32,000 nucleotides of DNA from Candidatus Nanogingivalaceae bacterium. Lineage in GTDB: Bacteria > Patescibacteriota > Saccharimonadia > Saccharimonadales > Saccharimonadaceae. Position 1 is the stretch's first letter. The number at the start of each line of letters is the position of its first letter. The position numbers and the translations under genes are program-made. This document shows, piece after piece, positions 28,992-32,000 of this stretch. Below the pieces are notes generated by a model that saw only the letters and a list, made by a program, of their open reading frames with translations, had not been told where the DNA came from and made no database searches. The stretch is taken from NCBI GenBank assembly GCA_015257795.3, contig CP072208.2:450001-482000 (forward strand), written 5' to 3'.

Positions 28992-29909
28992 TTATGCTCC
29001 AATTTTATCTTTTTTATTGCCGCGTTTTGCGTTTCGCTCAATATAATCAATAATTTTGCCAGCAACATTTCGATAAGTGACCTTTTCAATTCCAAACCCT
29101 GGACTTGCATTAACCTCTAAAACCAATGGACCACGCGCCGAACGCATCAAATCCACACCAGCGATCGTTAAACCCATCGCCTTTGCTGCTCGAACCGCCA
29201 TTCGCTTTTCTTCTGGCGTAAGTTTAATCGGCTCACCTAGCCCACCTTTATGCAAATTCGAACGAAAATCGTCATCTAAACTCTGACGTTTCATGCTCGC
29301 AACCACTTGTGAACCAACCACAAAAGCTCGAATATCCGTTCCCGCCGACTCTTTAATAAATTCTTGAAGAAGCACATTAGTTCCATCAGAATTCGTCAAA
29401 TAAAACGCTTGAAGCACTGATTTTGCAGCTTTTTTAGTTTCTGCAAGAACCACACCATTTCCATGTGTTCCGCGCGCAAGCTTGATAATTGCAGGTGTTC
29501 CACCAATTTCTTCTAACAAATCGTCAATATCATTCGAGTTTCGAGAAAAAACTGTTTTCGGAATCGAAACCCCATATTTTGCCATAATTTGAGTTGAACG
29601 CAACTTATCTCGCGCGCGCATAATTGCAATTGAACGATTCATAAAAAATGCCCGTGGATACGCCGCCTCAAGTTGGCGGACAACAGATGTTCCATATTCG
29701 GTCATATGGCTTGCAATTCGCGGAATAAATACATCAAATTTGCCGATATTTTCGCCACCATACATCACTTTTGGATTTTTTTCATCAATCGAAACATAAC
29801 ATTTTCCATAAGCAATAACCTCAACTTCATGCCCACGACTTTCCGCCTCTTCCCGCAAGCGCTTTGTTGAATAATTTCCTGGCCCGTTTGATAAAATTGC
29901 AATTCTCAT
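28992..29909 (-). CDS. rimK: RimK-family ATP-grasp alpha-L-glutamate ligase
   Basis: The ATG at 29909 (MRIAILSNG...) forms a TAATG overlap with the upstream stop codon. ATP-grasp motifs are present (IIKLARGTHGNGV, LEVNASPG). The ORF track lists a longer form starting at 29936. Confidence 0.85.
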   Translation of the reverse strand: MRIAILSNGPGNYSTKRLREEAESRGHEVEVIAYGKCYVSIDEKNPKVMYGGENIGKFDVFIPRIASHMTEYGTSVVRQLEAAYPRAFFMNRSIAIMRARDKLRSTQIMAKYGVSIPKTVFSRNSNDIDDLLEEIGGTPAIIKLARGTHGNGVVLAETKKAAKSVLQAFYLTNSDGTNVLLQEFIKESAGTDIRAFVVGSQVVASMKRQSLDDDFRSNLHKGGLGEPIKLTPEEKRMAVRAAKAMGLTIAGVDLMRSARGPLVLEVNASPGFGIEKVTYRNVAGKIIDYIERNAKRGNKKDKIGA

Positions 29910-30355
29910 TATTGTTTTTCTCCCATCTGTTTCCATTCTTCATCAAGATTAATTTTTCTGCACGAATCAACCAAAACATTATTTTTAATCAAAAACGCTC
30001 GGCCAATCAGCATTTCAAATTTCATTTTCGAACGATTATCTAGTCCAAATAATGCTTCAAATCTTTCGCCCTCAATCAAAATTCCAAATTTAACCAAAAA
30101 ACGCTTTTTCACGCCACCGTGAGTGTTTCGAACATTTCGAAACCTAAAATCTCGCGTTTCAAAATGAAGTTTTTCATCACCAAATAAATCAAAACCTAAA
30201 ATACCATCTTTTTCAAAAATATTTTCAGCATGAACAACTCCCGAAAAAGCTCCTGTATCAATTTTAGCGATAGTTTTAACTTCCGAGATTTTTTCTCCTG
30301 AAACATCAGTAAAAGTCACCTCTTCAAAAGTTCCAAAAATCACTTTTTCTTCCAT
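29909..30355 (-). CDS. retropepsin-like aspartic peptidase (RimB / PF05618-type)
   Basis: 148-aa ORF with KIDTGAFSG (a DTGA active-site-like motif). It is translationally coupled to rimK. Confidence 0.6.
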   Translation of the reverse strand: MEEKVIFGTFEEVTFTDVSGEKISEVKTIAKIDTGAFSGVVHAENIFEKDGILGFDLFGDEKLHFETRDFRFRNVRNTHGGVKKRFLVKFGILIEGERFEALFGLDNRSKMKFEMLIGRAFLIKNNVLVDSCRKINLDEEWKQMGEKQ

Positions 30356-30399
30356 GAAAGAATCACTCCTCGCTGAATTTATTATTTAAAATTATCTAA

Positions 30400-30428
30400 A
30401 TTTTACCATGTTATCTAGTTTTTGTCAA
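30400..30428 (-). promoter_or_regulatory. promoter of the rimB-like/rimK pair
   Basis: Minus strand TTGACA, 17-nt spacer, TGgTAAAAT. A GAGGAG SD lies ahead of the ATG at 30355. Confidence 0.6.
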
Positions 30429-30429
30429 A

Positions 30430-31794
30430 CTATTTCTTTCCAACTTTAAGTTCATAAATCTGCCTTTGTTGATCTGAGTTGAACAAATTATTTTTTCCGC
30501 CAAGCAAAAAATCATCAATTAACGTTGGCGAATCAATATTTTCTTCAATGTACTTCCAAATTTCTTGACCACCGTTAAAATAGCTCAAGTCTTTAAACCA
30601 AGGCAATTCATCAGTTCCACGGAAAATCCTCTGCGTATTTCGATAAGCAATCTGACGTTTCTTATCAATATTCTCTTCCGAAAAATTATTTTTTCCGTCT
30701 AAAATGCCCATTCTCCAATTAGTTTCGAAAGCTTCACGAAAACTCATACTATTAAAATAAGCAAAACCTGCCGTTAAATAATGCTGAACACCTGCTTCTT
30801 GATATTTACCTTTTACAGCCATTTCCATAGCACGAGCAATCCCTTCTTCAGTGTTCATATACCCATCAAGACCAGTTCTCAAAGCTTGATTATCATAAGC
30901 TTCACCCATTTGAGCACGCATATAGTGTGTTCCAATTTCGTGCACAACCAAGCCTTCAAGCTCTTTTTTTGAGACTGGTTTTCGATTTTCAGGAATAAAA
31001 ATCTTCTTATCTTTTGCTGAAACTGCAATCGCACCAGAATCTTTCCATTCAACATTAAATTTCGAAAAACCATCTTTTTCAAAATCTTTCAAAATATTTT
31101 CGAAAACCTCAAAAATTTCCTTTGCTGAGTATTTCTCGTTGCTATCTTTTTCCGGAATAAGTTCTAATTGCTTTGAATATAAGTATTTAATAATCTCACC
31201 AAATTTATGAAAAACTTCATCACTCGGTTTAAATCTTTCTGTGTTTTGATTTAAAATTTCATCATTTTTAATTAGTTCATAAAACTCTGAACGGATTCTT
31301 TCACCTTTTTCATCAAGTTTCAAAGCATCAATTTTTGTAATTTTATCTGAAAGTAGAGAATTGAATGTTTCAAAGTCCGGCTCGCCATAAACCTCAATAT
31401 TGTTTTTCATGAATTCTTCTTGAGCTTTTTGTTTGTCTACCAAACTTTCAGCTTTTCGAAAATTACAGGCTGCTTCAAGCATTTTAACAGTTTTAATTCT
31501 TGTTTCGAGTTGAGTATTGTACATTTCTCGCTCAATCTCACCAAGTGAATTATCGTTTTCAACCGCTAAAATTGCATTCGAAATATTTTGGTAAAGATTT
31601 TCAATTTCAGCGCTATTTAATTTTTCATATTCATTATTTGGTCGAGAAAGATCATCGTTTGCAAGGAATTCAAGCTTTGCTTCATTTGCATTTTTTGGAG
31701 TAAATGTTGAAATAACCTTTGGCTCCGATTCTTTAAATATCTCTCTTGTATCAAGAAATTCATTTTTACCAAAATTACTTTCGAAATTATTCAT
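30430..31794 (-). CDS. HExxH metallopeptidase of the DUF1704 / QEGLA-motif (MATCAP-like carboxypeptidase) type
   Basis: 454-aa ORF with an HEIGTH motif and a downstream TEEGIARAME segment that resembles the QEGLA motif. The family assignment is from memory. Confidence 0.55.
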   Translation of the reverse strand: MNNFESNFGKNEFLDTREIFKESEPKVISTFTPKNANEAKLEFLANDDLSRPNNEYEKLNSAEIENLYQNISNAILAVENDNSLGEIEREMYNTQLETRIKTVKMLEAACNFRKAESLVDKQKAQEEFMKNNIEVYGEPDFETFNSLLSDKITKIDALKLDEKGERIRSEFYELIKNDEILNQNTERFKPSDEVFHKFGEIIKYLYSKQLELIPEKDSNEKYSAKEIFEVFENILKDFEKDGFSKFNVEWKDSGAIAVSAKDKKIFIPENRKPVSKKELEGLVVHEIGTHYMRAQMGEAYDNQALRTGLDGYMNTEEGIARAMEMAVKGKYQEAGVQHYLTAGFAYFNSMSFREAFETNWRMGILDGKNNFSEENIDKKRQIAYRNTQRIFRGTDELPWFKDLSYFNGGQEIWKYIEENIDSPTLIDDFLLGGKNNLFNSDQQRQIYELKVGKK

Positions 31795-31797
31795 AAT

Positions 31798-32000
31798 TTA
31801 TGCCTTTTCGCTATTTTTATATTTTCGAATCGCCTCTCGAGCCGCTTCTTGTTGAGCAATCTGCTTACTTGGACCTTCACCTTCACCCATTTTTTTATCA
31901 CCAACAAAAACGCCTAGAGTAAAAGTCTTTTCGTGATCTGGTCCGTCTTCTTTTATCACCTTATAAATAGGTGTAAATCCATCTCTAGCTTGCGAAAGTT
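31798..32000 (-). CDS. rnc: ribonuclease III, C-terminal dsRBD part (5' end lies outside the window)
   Basis: The minus-strand translation is ...YKVIKEDGPDHEKTFTLGVFVGDKKMGEGEGPSKQIAQQEAAREAIRKYKNSEKA*. This is the classic RNase III dsRNA-binding domain. Confidence 0.8.
   Translation of the reverse strand, partial: LSQARDGFTPIYKVIKEDGPDHEKTFTLGVFVGDKKMGEGEGPSKQIAQQEAAREAIRKYKNSEKA

Noticed and set aside
18461-29936. Upstream alternative starts given by the ORF track: 18478 (TTG), 20611 (TTG) and 29936 (ATG).
   Set aside because: Downstream ATGs at 18460, 20623 and 29909 have properly spaced SDs. For 29909 there is also a TAATG stop-start overlap, and the resulting N-terminus MRIAIL matches typical RimK.

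Overview
The window looks like a chromosomal segment from a Saccharibacteria (TM7)-type CPR bacterium. The 16S gene carries the TM7 probe and primer motifs as I remember them. The sequence falls into three blocks. (1) 1-13.5 kb is the housekeeping core. It holds eno, dnaE, a minus-strand rRNA locus (16S, tRNA-Ala, tRNA-Ile, 23S, 5S), lysS and two small ORFs. (2) About 13.5-25.7 kb is a roughly 12.2-kb integrated mobilizable element. It is bounded by mirror-image junction sequences and appears to sit inside a terminator hairpin. From left to right it carries a nested IS1182-family IS and an operon for one membrane protein and three Cys-rich/zinc-ribbon peptides. Next come a small serine recombinase surrounded by nested inverted repeats (candidate invertible switch) and a very AT-rich orphan three-gene cassette with no recognisable domains. 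The element ends with small membrane proteins, a TraD/FtsK-like coupling ATPase, a replication-relaxation (Replic_Relax)-type protein, a TnpW-like peptide and a large serine recombinase. (3) 25.7-32 kb is core again. It holds alpha-glucan phosphorylase, rpsP, small membrane proteins and an rnc / DUF1704-type HExxH peptidase / RimB-like protease / RimK ATP-grasp ligase cluster. Host genes are preceded by strikingly consensus sigma70-type promoters (17-nt spacers), several in leaderless geometry. No CRISPR array was seen. All calls come from reading the sequence and from remembered family motifs; no searches were run.
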